Origin: Sphagnum compactum
Lineage: Eukaryota
Assembly: GCA_965153455.1 (NCBI GenBank)
Contig: OZ234493.1
Span: 24,418,213-24,482,212 of the forward strand
Direction: 5' to 3'
Length of the DNA stretch: 64,000 bases
Shown here: piece by piece, positions 1-12,030 of the stretch
Layout: every line of letters begins with the position of its first letter
How positions within the stretch are numbered: the first letter of the stretch is position 1
Translations under genes and position numbers: made by a program
The notes under the pieces: model-generated
Told to the model about the DNA's origin: nothing
The model's input: the letters and a program-made list of their open reading frames with translations, nothing else
The model's database searches: none

Positions 1-601
1 CATGGGACATAGAAATGGAAAAAACAGAATCAAATATGTAACTACAAAGTTGTGTGGTTACATGAGAACCGCATATAGCAAAGTCTCTCTCTCTTGCAGC
101 AGTTGCATGATCATCAACATCAAGAGCAACAGCTGCAAGGATCATCAACAGCAACATCTGTGGTACCATCAACTGGACTTCATTGTCAGCTGGCACTTAG
201 AGATCATTGTCAGACATGAACCCAACAGACTCAGTTCCCATTACTGAGGGGTAAAACAAACAAGCCAAAACCATGATGCCTGGCTAGCTTGATGAACCAA
301 GGAGAAATTCATGAACTTGGTAATCAGAAGAAACTTGAAGCTCAACACTGCAGAAGAGGAAGAGAAAAAGAGAGAGGGAGAGATAGGGACCACAATGTTA
401 TAAAAAGTTAGAGGAGGGACTACACTGATATTTACAATCTACTATAGTGGCAATGAGAGCAAAGGACCTCATAATCCAGACAGGAGGGAATTACTACTTT
501 GCAATAATCCTAAATCACTCTTGAATTTTGAGTGATTTTGTACATATGAGATCTGTGATTCTGGTTTAGTATATGGTCAGAGGGACACTTGTAATGTGAG
601 A

Positions 602-3600
602 TCACAGTTTGGAGGGTGGCTGTTGTGTTAGCTCTCTCCGAAGAATTTTCCCAGATGATGTCCTGGGTATGGCATCTATGATTGTTACCCTCCGCAGCTT
701 TTTGTAAGGTGCCACCTGCACAAATGATGCATCCAGTTGCAGACAGCATCATCATCAGTAAATTGATCAGGCTCTCTCTCTCTCCAGAAACATGGCTTCC
801 TGACAATAGCTAGGAACAAAAATGCCATCAATTGTCACCAAGATTCCTACTGAGTACTGTGCTTTTGGAACTAATCTCCAGTTGCTCAAGAAGACTTTCC
901 AGAATGTGTACCATTGACAGTAATTCAGAGAATCGTTAATGAGATTACATGAGGAAGGGAAAAGGTTGTTAGAGAGGAATCATCAATGAGCTGATAGGCT
1001 GTCCTGCAATAGGTTTGTGGAGACCCGCAGGCAGGGAATCTAGAAAGAGATACAGACCACTCATGCATGAAGCCTGTCCAGAGATTTTAAGGGATGTTGA
1101 AAAAAGTCTAGAACCTGTTCAGCAACAAAGTCCAAAACGTCTTTCTCTGTAACAGATTGATGTGGCTTGCAAACAATGTATGCAACTGGTACTTGCCCAG
1201 CTTCTTTATCTGCAAGTCTGGACATTGAAAAAAACAAAAAGTCAAATTTAACATGTACAAGTGCTCAGATTGCTACCAGAGTGCACACGACTCTTCCTTG
1301 TTGTAACAATCCTCCATCTTGACCTAATTCTGGAAAACCCCAGAAAGCATTAGCTCACAAATCTCTTGGGGCCTTGCTTTATCATCACTCTCATGAGTTC
1401 AGAGGACTCCAGAAAATGAAACTTGGTGTATGTGAAGGTTTTACTCGTAACACAACTGGTCAAGCGGATCTGAGTCATTGGGGACATCAAGTCTGTGTCA
1501 AAAAAAAAAATGGGTCATGTGGAAAAGGTTTAGACAACTCACGGGACAACTGCTGCATCATGGATTGAAGGATGGGAGGTCAATATCCCCTCCAATTCAG
1601 CTGGTGCAACCTGTGCAAAATGAGCATATGTAAGCTCCATTCAAAGACTTCAAGCTCATGCTGCACTCAAATCAACTTTGTTCTGAAAACCTTCTAGTTT
1701 AGAAAAGCAAATTATCCTTCTCCAGAAATGCTCTCAGCTTCTGGCTCCTTGATCCTCTTAAGATCGATAATGTATAACTAGGATACAGCTTTTAATTGCA
1801 GGATTTTAGGAACTCTGGATGACAAACCAACAAAATCGCAAACTCTGGAAGTGTACACTTGAACTGGAAACATGTCCAGCACTTTGGTATACCTCACCTG
1901 GAAACCCTTGTATTTGATGAGTTCTTTGATGCGATCCACGACAAAGAGGCAGCCACTGTCATCAATGTAGACCAAGTCTCCTGTATGTAGCCATCCGTCT
2001 TTGTCCAATGTTGCTGCTGTTGCTTCCACATTGTTCAAATAACCTGAACTTCTAACACAATAAATCCAAGTACTGTAACCAAGAGTTGAATGAAGACACA
2101 AACTTTCAGCTCTTCACCATGCCACCAGCTTCAAGGTTCTTTCGAAGAAGGTGGTGGTGGTGGTGCTCATTACAGCACAGTGCAAAAAGCTTCAACAATT
2201 CAAGTTCTTCATGTATGATGATCATCTCTTTGTAACCAACCCTGAATGGCTCCAAGCCAACAGCACCCATGGCAGCAGCAGCAGCAACAGAAGACTTTCT
2301 CGTCTCACACAATGATCAATTCCTCCATCATGAGGAGTTCAGTCCTTACAATTTCAGAACTCGTAAGATCTGATCATATACTTTTCTTGATCAGAAATCG
2401 TTGCGAGGACCATGAATGCAACAGAAAGAAGATCTAGGACAGAATTGCAATTGGTAGTCTAATAGGGTTTGTAGAGGAGGAGGGAAGAAGAATCAAGCGC
2501 AGAAGGGGGGGGGGGGCAGCAGTTTTGCAACAGAAAAAAAAGGTTTGATAGAAATGTGATGAGGAGCAGCAGAGGGTGCTAGGGTTTGTACTCGTGAGGG
2601 CAAACCCTAGCATCCTCTGAAATCCAGTAGCAACAGCAGCAGCAGGAGCAGCAAGAGCTTGTACCTTGCATGAGAGAAGGACCACGCATCCAAAGCTCGC
2701 CAATCTGGTTAGGAGGAAGAGAGCGACCAGTCTGCACATCCACAACCCTTGCCTCAATCGTGTTCATCAGCCAGCCAGCAGAGCCATAGTGTGCCTTCAA
2801 GTCTTGTTGCTTCATATCATGGCTCAATAGCACTGTGCTTGTCCCGATGGATGTCGACTCTGTGAGCCCATATCCCTACAAAACCCACGAGACAGACATC
2901 CAACCCCATGCACGATGAGTTTGTTTAGCTAAGACCCATTGCACAAAAGAGCTCCATGCTCACAGATCCACCATCACAAGAGAGCAGAGCTACAAGAACG
3001 AGCTGCAATGGGTACTTTACCTGGTCGACAGTGGCATTGGGTATCTTCTGGTTACAACGTTCAGTGAGCTCCTTACTGAGAGGAGCAGCACCACAGCCGA
3101 TGCAGAGGACGGAGCTCAAGTCGTAAGGATCCGTCACACCGGGGCTACAGAGAGCCATGACAATGGGAGGAACCACAGGAAGATACGTGACTTTGTACTT
3201 CTGCACAGTTTCCAGCAGATCCGCGACACCGCCGAACTTGGACATGACGACGACGGTGACGCCCCGTCGCAGCTCCGCACATGCCACTAACCCTAATCCA
3301 AACACATGGAAGAAAGGAACCAAGCCCAGGAAGACCTCGCTTACACCGGGCGGAACTCGAGGAGCTCGGAACTGACTCATGTGACCCACTATGATCTGAG
3401 CTGCAATGAAGCTCCTGTGTGGAATGATCACGCCTTTGCTTGCTCCCGTAGTTCCGGAAGAATACAACAAAGCTGCAGTGTCCGTCTGTCGAATGCACAC
3501 TCCCCTTGGTGCTTTGTCTGGATCCGTCGTCAACAGCTTCGAGAAAGGAGTGACAGACAAGAAGGAACTCCGATTGTTGTTGTTGTTGTTCTTAACTGAC

Positions 3601-4097
3601 AATGGGTTGTTGTTGCCCAAAAGAACCAGAGAAAGACTCTCCTCGACGGCGCCCTCGACTTTGTGTGCCAACTCTGGAACAGTGATCACAAACCGTGCAC
3701 CGGAGTCTTGCATCTGCTTTGCGATCTCGTGTCGCGTGTTCACTGGGTTCATGGTCGTGATGATCGCGCCGATGGAAGTGATGGCCATGAAGAGAGGTGG
3801 GAAGTAGATGGAGTTTCCCATCAGAACTAGCACCACGCTTCCCTTCCGCACTCCGAGCTCGGCAAGACCGGCGGCTATGGAGCGCACCAGAACACGAAGC
3901 TCCCCGAACGTGATCTTCTGCCCTGTCTCCGCATCTACCAACGCCGCAACGTTTGCAAAACTGGGATTCCCCGCATTTCCTGAAAAAAAAACCGTCACCA
4001 AATCCATCTCCTCTTCTTCCAGCATTTGCACCGGCGGCCGCAAGCACCGATAAATCCCATCACTCCCATACCCACTCCTCAAATCCATGATCTCCCC

Positions 4098-4100
<3 letters not shown>
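602..4100 (-). CDS. 4CLL7: 4-coumarate--CoA ligase-like acyl-activating enzyme (peroxisomal, 4CL-like 7 type), 6 exons
   Basis: GT-AG exons in phase: 4100-3021, 2875-2665, 2043-1898, 1610-1543, 1217-1115, 715-602. AMP-binding motifs [67 protein letters not shown]-terminus [10 protein letters not shown] resembles plant 4CL-like 7 (from memory). C-terminus PPSKL* is a PTS1. Confidence 0.92.

Positions 4101-4102
<2 letters not shown>

Positions 4103-4140
<38 letters not shown>
4103..4140. repeat. (CT)n/(GA)n microsatellite directly upstream of the 4CL-like start codon
   Basis: Uninterrupted ctct run. Confidence 0.95.
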
Positions 4141-4145
<5 letters not shown>

Positions 4146-4771
4146 GCCTGTCTGTGTATGTGCTCCAACTCCAAGACCACTTCTTCTGCAATTTCTAGCA
4201 CTACAAAAAAATTCCGGAATCTCTCTGCAATTCCAAAAGCACCTCCTCCTCCTCCTCTTCTTCTGCTGCTGCTAGTTCTGGTTGTAGAATTTCTAGTACT
4301 GTGAACACTTTGAAATCATCATCATCAGTTTTGCTTTTTGGTTTGTTTTTTCTCAATCCAGACTTTCTTGCACAGATTGTAACTAAAGTCTTGTACTGTG
4401 CTAATGTTTGGTTTGCTTTCTTTCTTCAGATGCTCATCTAATTTGTTCTCTTGTTGTTGTTGGTTTTCTTCTTGTGTTTTCTAGCCAAATGTTTGTTGTT
4501 GCTGTTTGCTCTTGAGACTGGAAAACAAGCTGCTGGTCCCACAACAACAACAGCAAAAACAACTGTAGTCTAGCTCCAGTACTCTACTTTGCTCTGAAAA
4601 ACATTCATTGCTTGATAATCTGAGCTTTTTGCTTCATTACTTGATTGTTAATCTGGGTTTTTTGCTAATTGCTTTGATTAATCCATGGATGCTAATCTGG
4701 GTTTTTTAATTGCTTGTTTGCTTCATTGATGATTTCCTGGGTCTGCTTGCTTTACTGACTGATGATCTTCT

Positions 4772-5010
4772 CATGGGTTTGCTTGATTGATTTATGAATT
4801 TTATGGTCTGGGTTTGCTTGCTTAATTGATCCCATGATCTCATGGGTTTGCTTGATTGATTGATATATGGATTTTATGATCTGGGTTTGTTTTGCTTTAA
4901 TTGATCCCATGATCTCATGGGTTTGCTTGATTGATTGATATATGGATTTTATGATCTGGGTTTGCTTTGCTTTATTTGATCCCATGATCTCATGGGTTTG
5001 CTTAATTAAT
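4772..5010. repeat. 75-bp tandem repeat (about 3.5 copies) within a wider degenerate ATCTGGGTTT-rich tract (~4620-5460)
   Basis: catgggtttgctt recurs at 4772, 4841, 4916 and 4991; this produces the 25-aa repeat in spurious ORF 4752-5021. Confidence 0.9.
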
Positions 5011-6599
5011 TGACTAATCACTTAATCTGGTTTTTACTTGCTTGCTTGCTTGATTGATTGATGATCTGGGTTTTCTTTGATTGATTGATTGATAGTCTGG
5101 GTTTGCTTGACTACATAATTAATGATTTGGGGTTTCTGAAATTTTTCTTTCTTGATTGATTCCTGGATTGATGATCTGGGTTTGCCTGATTAATTAGTCA
5201 ATGACCTAATTTGGGTTTTGCTTTGATTGATTAATTCATAAATCTGGGGTTTTGCTTCCTTGATTGTGAATCTTGATCTAGGTTTACTTGAGCTTGATTG
5301 ATTCATTGATGAAGGATTTGCTAACTTTGCTAGGCTGATTCACTTTTCTAATCTGGGTTTTGCTTTGATTGACTATTGATCTGGTTTTTCTGGCTTGAAT
5401 TAGTGTTGATAATTTAATTTAATTAATTTTTTTGGGGAGATGATCTTTGGTTGCTTGATTGACATCATTGCATGTTATTAAAATAGCTGAGTGTTTTTCA
5501 CAAAATGAGGAGGCCCTTTTTTCTTTTTTTTTGGTCTACACTCCAAAATGTGGAGCCTAGTGTATGCCTGCTTGAAGAGCTTAGATACTATTCTAGAAAA
5601 TTACAGACTTTCTTGAGTACTAGAATATTTTCAGGCCAATCTTCCGACCATTGAAAATTGGCACCTGAAAAACATGGTCATTGTTGTGGGACCGGGGGAC
5701 GGGGGTAGAATGTACCATGGAATGGTTCCCATTACACCTCGGAATGTGGGAAGCTTGTTATGGTGAGTGACATTCCGTAGTGTGGAGGTACCTCTACAAC
5801 AAGAGGGCTTGTTCTCGAAGGATGCTTCCCCTCTCCCCCTTGAAATTAAACGGTGGAGAACAAACACTGATTATGCATAGTTGCAAACGACATTTTTTAA
5901 TTCTAAACAAATTTTCCCTGAAACCCTAAAACTCTCTCAGAATTTGTCATACATGTCAACCAACCCTAGAACTCCCTGTTGTGACAAACATATATGGTTG
6001 GTTCAGCACAAAAATTGTGTCAAAACATCAGAGCATCTGATGTACCCCACAAACAAATTCGGATGAAGCTCTGCCCACACCGTGTGTGGCATTTTTGTGG
6101 GTTTTGACTTGCCAAAGGGTCACATTACTTACGGTGTGCCTGAAATAGGCACATGATGCTAAAATGACCGGGTTTTCATTGGCTGCTTGCAATGATTGGC
6201 TCTTCGTTAAAGCATTTAAAGAGTGTCTTATCTTATGGTGTCTTGCTTTTCAAGGTTAGCCTACGAGTGGGGAGCAGCCCTTTTTTCCTTTGTTTTGGGT
6301 CATTTTTAGGTTGTGGCAAAGGTGGCAAAAGAAATTTGTTACTTGATACACATGTGGTGAACACCCAACAATGATTCAAAAATCCTCTGGCTGTTGCCAT
6401 TGTGCAATCAAGGTGCTTTTAGGAGGTGATTGAACAAAACAATACATACTTCATTCAGTGTGGCGATGGTATTTGGAGCTCTATCTATATATGAGGTGGC
6501 TACAAAAGCAGCCTCACTTGTATTGTTGCTTGGTTATGGATGCTCGTGATCTACAATCAATCTGGCAATAAGCCTAAGTTGTTCATAGTTATCTAACAA

Positions 6600-7155
6600 C
6601 ATGCCATGAAACAAAGGAGCGCAAAAGTAGCTTGAATTCAGAATTCAAGCATACCGGCCTCTACCAGTTGCTGCTTGAACATCTGACCACATTTTATAAG
6701 TAGCCTCCTCATAGGGTAAAATATCATCACATTAACCTTGTCAGTTGCAAGGGCGACCATTTCAGCCATGGCTTGAGCAGAGTTCGACTTCATTCTCAAC
6801 TTAAAAAGAGCTTGTGGAGCATCAAAATCCCATACTGAAAGAATTACAGCAACAATAAGAGAGAGCATATTGATTTCCCCCCTTTGATTGTCCATGTGGT
6901 TGTGGGCTGCAATAAAATCCTTTCAATACCTCCAAGTGTCAAGGAAAAGGTCACCTCTGCATCTGCCTATAGCCAATATTGCGAATAGATAATTCCCATG
7001 GCATCCATAACTAATTGCTCAACAGGGAGTCGAGCATCCAACTCAAGAATTAGGCTTTGAGTAGCCTCTGCCATGATCCCAACACAACACAAAATACCAG
7101 TAGCATTTTTTGCGTTAAGAAACAATGCATAAGTAAACCTTGCACAAATAAGCAT
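6600..7155 (-). mobile_element. Decayed hAT-type (ZNF862-like) transposase, C-terminal part
   Basis: Translations LILELDARLP..MDAMGIIYSQYWL and LFKLRMKSNSAQAM resemble moss DNA-transposon transposase C-terminal regions (from memory); frames are broken. Confidence 0.55.
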
Positions 7156-7199
7156 GAAAAAGAGAATTGAACTTTGTGTATTCTACCTCACTTCCTAAA

Positions 7200-7900
7200 T
7201 CAAGGAACTGACCACCTTTAGATATGAAAAAGGATTCTATAGAAGGTCTACAACTTCATTACTACCCAAGAGTCCATAGATAAAATGACCATAACTTAAC
7301 CATGAAAAGGAACATTGGACTTGACAGATTCCACTTCACCTACTCATTGAGTATTCAGTTAAAGAATTAACCACCTCTGAAAACGAAAAAGAGGTTTGCA
7401 AAACCTTTGCAACTTCATTTCTAGTCACCCTCAATTTACAAACTGAACATCCCTGAAGCATGGTCTACCCATTATCAAACAAGTTTTGCCGTCTAATCAT
7501 AAAAGAACTAACCACCTTTAGAGTTGGGCTATGAAAAATAAGCCTGCAGAACCTGTGCAGCTTCATTTCCAATCACCCCATGAGCCCATATACAAACTAA
7601 ACTTCCTTTGAGCATGAATTATACTTCTGCCTCACTTAAATGAAAGAACTAACATACCCTCTAGAATTTAGAAATGAGAAATCGATGTATAAAACACTTG
7701 CAACTTCATTTCCAATTTATCCATGAACCCAATACAAATTCTAACAAGTAGTTGCTACATTCATAACGTCACACCACATCTATAATTATCCAGACATACA
7801 TTTACAAACTTGCTCCATCTACCAACCACCTCTACAAATAAAAAAACCATTATCGACCACCTATAGCTTCATTTGCAGTCATCCCATGAAGCCACAAAAG
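7200..7900. repeat. Degenerate ~150-bp tandem repeat
   Basis: (a/g)cttcatt core followed by ca(c/t)cca(t)ga-like sequence recurs near 7252, 7411, 7560, 7702 and 7866, often preceded by aagaa(c/t)taaccac. Confidence 0.6.
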
Positions 7901-8063
7901 TAGAAGGAAATGAAGCATTGCAAGTGGATGAACTTACCAACTCTACCAGTATTGAAGTTCAACAATTTATACCCAAAGTTCAAGATTTGACCACATTTAC
8001 AAATTAAAATGCATCTAATAACCATTGGCATTTCAAGTGGTTATGAAAAATTAGGGCCAAAAG

Positions 8064-10061
8064 CATTACAAGAAATCACGATTTTTTCAACCAAGAATTT
8101 TGGTCAAAAAAACCCCCCTAGTGGTTTTTTTGCCCTCATATCCAACTTGACCAAAGTGTCATTTTGGACAAGTGGATTTGGACCCGACTGTTTTGACTAG
8201 GTCTTTTTGGTTGGTTTTGCAAGACTGAGTTCTTTTTATTAGGTTTTTTTATCGAATCACTATGACAATAATATAATGTGGGCAACAACTAGAAATATAT
8301 ATTATTTAAATTATTTTATTTATAATTAATATGAAAATGTTGATTAATTAATTACCCTACCTACTTACCTAATTAATAAACTTAATAATTAATGCCAAAA
8401 AATTTATTTATTTACCTACCAACCTTATGTCCTAGGCCTAGGCTAGGCCACCTAACTTAACCACTTAGGTTAAGCCAAGCCCCCTAAGCTAACCCAAATA
8501 ACCTAGGCTAGGTGATCTAGTAGGCTTTGCAATCTAAGCTACCTAATTAGGTCACCTAAGTAGCCAAGGCAGCCTAAGTTGCAAGTGTGGGGACTTGAAT
8601 TCCTCACCTCCACATTGAATAATCAAGTCATTAACCATTGCACCACCACCCCATAAGGTGATTTTTTGAACAACATAATTGTAATGAACATGATTTTGAA
8701 CTAACATATTTTAATCAACTTTCATGAAATTTTTTTCAACATATTGCACTAAATGAATTTGAATTTTTTCATGTACTACTGACATAAATAGGTAGGTTAT
8801 AGGTAGGTTAGCCTAGGTAGGTAGGAGGTACCTATTAATAAATGCATATACTTAGGTGACTTGTAGGTTATAGTCTACTAAGCCTTATAGGTACTTACTA
8901 CGTCTATGCTTATACCTACCTAATAAACTACCTATGCTTTAAATGTTATATAGTAAGTTATGTAGGTACCTATTAGCCTATTAATAAATCTAGTTTAAGC
9001 ATACTAGGGAGGTAGCCTAGCCTATTAGGTAGGCTTAAACTACCTACCTAATAGGCTAGGCTACCTACCTTGTAAACCTAGGTGGCTTAAGTTAGACTAT
9101 TTACCTTGTAGGCTTAAATGGCCTAAGCTAGGCTACATACATGTAGTAAACCTAAGTGGTTTAGGTTAAGCTACATACCTTGTAGGCTTAAATGGTTTAA
9201 ATTAAACTATATACTTAGTAGTCGTAAATGGCCTAGGTTAGGATACCTACCTTATAGGCTTAGGTGGCTTACGTTATGTACATAGTTACCAAGTAAACCT
9301 CAATAACCTAGGTTAGGTTAACTACTTAGTAAGTCTAGGTGGCCTAGGCTACTTACTAGCTAGCTAATTTGATAAATTACCTACCTACTAGGCCTAGGTG
9401 GCTTATGTTATTTTATACCTAGTACGCTTAAGTTATGTACCTATAATAGGCTTAGGCTAATAGGCTACCTACTTGGCTAATAGGTCTACCTAATAAGCCT
9501 AGGTCACCTATGATACCTATCTAAAAGGTTTACATTACCTAATTATAGGTTATTTAGTAATCCTAAGTTATGTCTTAGGTAACCTACTAAGTAGGTCTAA
9601 ACTAGGCTACCTAACTCGACTACTAGCTAGGTTATTACTTGACAAGTAACTTACTAACATATTAATTATGCTAAGTTAGATAGGTAATTTAAGCTAGCCT
9701 AACCTACTAGTTATGTTAGGTTAAGTAGGTAGCATAGGCTTAACAAGTAGGCTAAGTCATCAAATGAATATGGCTCATTTCACTAAGTGTCAAATCATAA
9801 TCATCAATTTGATTAAACCCTATCCATTCAATATGGCCAATTTGATTAAGTCATGGCCATTTTGATGGATGTTTGTTCATTTTGACCAAATTTTGGGCTT
9901 GACCCTTGGTCAAATATGTCACTTTAGTCAAATGTATTAATAAAATGTAACATATGTTTTTCATGCCCCAAACTTTTAATCACAATGGACATACCTTTTG
10001 GTCAATGTGAACATTTTGGTCTTCTAGAAAACCTTTTAAAAAACTATGATTTTTTATAGTG
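8064..10061. mobile_element. Non-autonomous CACTA (En/Spm) element
   Basis: Left end CATTACAAGAAATCACGATTTTT; right end reverse-complement CACTATAAAAAATCATAGTTTTT; 3-bp TSD AAG at 8061-8063 and 10062-10064; TTGACCAA/TTGGTCAA subterminal motifs at both ends; non-coding CCTAGG/TAGGT low-complexity interior. Confidence 0.82.
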
Positions 10062-10064
10062 AAG

Positions 10065-10428
10065 CTTATGTTTGCAATCAACTTTCACAAGTTGTACAAC
10101 ATGTGAAAATGTTGTTTGAATCACATGTAACAAATGACCATAATTTGGGCAGACTTCACTCTAATGAACCCAGGTTTTCTTGCCATTTAGAACAAATGCA
10201 AGATGTTCAATGTTGTTTGTATTGTAATTAGTGATCCATTTTAAATGAATATGTTCATGGTCACTTTGTGATAGTCCATGAAAAAACCAATATTCATCAC
10301 CTTTAAAGGTTGTACAAGTTATTTGAACATACCTTCACTATTGCAATGAAGTTGCAAATGAATATATCCCTTTTTTGAACAAATTTTAGGAAGGACTGCA
10401 TGCTTTCCATCAATGGCAAAACATAAGC
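10065..10428 (-). mobile_element. hAT-type transposase fragment, continuation across the Gypsy insertion
   Basis: Reads VLPLMESMQSFLKFVQKRDIFICNFIAIVKVC, homologous to ILPFLKCVHTLIKFAQGKGVFVYNFVNTIK in ORF 62039-62302. Confidence 0.75.
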
Positions 10429-11230
10429 TGACGCGCTCCTAAGTCCCTTGTTGAACCCACTTGAGGGTTCAACTATGTAGAGTTGCGGAAAGTTGGGACT
10501 TCCAGCACTAAAGAGGGGTAGAAGGGCGTGCTAGAAGTCCCGGGATTAGACTAGGAAGAGGACAAGCGTTTCACCTACTCAAATTTGCATCAAAACTAAC
10601 CCCAAGTTGGTTAGAACTCATTCTGCACCCTTTTGGTGTTGGGACAAGCCACGGGCTAACTCGGACTCACCTGACTCACCACGGCCCGGACTTGGGGGAA
10701 GCCACCACCTTCCCCCATATAGTATACTATGCGTCTCACCGCGGAGGCTACATCCGAATGGCTCTTTTTCCCGGGACTCTCAAGTTGGAGTCCCGAAACT
10801 GTCCCGGGTTGGAGTCTCGGGACTTTGGGAGCGTGTATCTCCCGGCTTTGACCTTCGATTGGAGCGAGGTCTCGACCAAAGTTGTAGCTCTCCTCGAGAG
10901 CTTTCCAACGCCATGTCGCACTCTTGAAGGCAACGTCGGGAAAAGGTCGATTCCTGACTTTTAGTGGTCGGGAGTCAAACTGCGAGTTTGACTCCTGGCC
11001 CTTCTTTTGCCCATAACTTGGGCTGTAGATGTCCAAATTGCCAATGCGAGGGCATTTTAGACATCTACACTTCAAGACCTTTCCAATGATATAAAGAACA
11101 TCGCAAGGCGAGGTCTTTATGACCCCCTGTAATTGCTTCTGAGGTTTTGGGAGTCCCGAAGGACTCCAACTTCCCACTTTTGGGAGTGTGGGCTTCACCC
11201 TCACACTTAGCCCAAAGTGGGGTTGCGACA
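10429..11230 (-). repeat. 3' LTR (802 bp)
   Basis: Direct repeat of 16579-17398; about 15 substitutions plus one 18-bp deletion by manual count; polypurine tract AGTGGGGGAGAG adjacent at 11231-11242. Confidence 0.96.
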
Positions 11231-12030
11231 CTCTCCCCCACTAGAAGAAAAGGTCAATGTCCTCATTGACACTTAGAATTTTCTCTTACAATTGCAATTG
11301 CTTTCATTTAGATCCTTGGCCATTTTTGCCGACTTTTGCGGCTTGGACCTTGTCTCAAGCTAACTTAGGCGTCCCCAAGTTTCCAACACTTTCTTGACAA
11401 GTCCAAGAGGGTCCTATAGAAAACCCTCTTCCCAAGCTTCGTCAAAAGAGGACTAAACTAGCCTAATTTGACGAAGCTCCTCATTTGGGAGGAACTTTTT
11501 CATTCTTCCCCTCATGAGGAATTTAAATCAAGTCTACTCTTGACCTAAGCTACTTGACATGACTCCTTTCCCTATCTCGCGCCTTGGTCACAACAACCAA
11601 GCCTTAACAAAAAGGTTTGCTTATCAAGGTACGAAAAGCAACACTTGGGTCTTGCCAAGACCCAAGTCCCAAAATACACGATTAAAGTACGCAAGCGGGG
11701 TCATGACTTCCCGTGTTGGCCGCCACTACCAACCAACCTTTTGGGATGCACTTAAAGCATGTGCATGTCCCCGCAAGCTCACCTTGCTTGCCTTCTCTTT
11801 TGGGGCCAAGTTTTCTTAACCCCAAAGTAGGAGTCCGATTTTGATTTGGGCCTACGCAAGAAAGTTCCATTTGTCCAATGCCATTTGACAACCTTATTTG
11901 CACTTATACAAAATTTCTCGTGATGCAATCTCTTGGAAGTTTATATTTTTGCCTTTATTTCCTTTGCAACTTGATGTGGTACATTTTTATGTGACACTCT
12001 GCCCCACTAAAAGAAAAGGTGATGTCCTCA

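Noticed and set aside
4752-5021. ORF with a 25-aa repeat; possible CRISPR-like array
   Set aside because: Simple 75-bp tandem repeat without unique spacers, in eukaryotic DNA.
8581-8652. Functional tRNA gene
   Set aside because: Acceptor and anticodon stems pair poorly and the B-box is mutated; kept only as a tRNA-derived relic.
10607-11231. ORFs of 60-191 aa (also 16775-17442 and 20632-20995)
   Set aside because: They lie within LTRs and show no recognisable domain.
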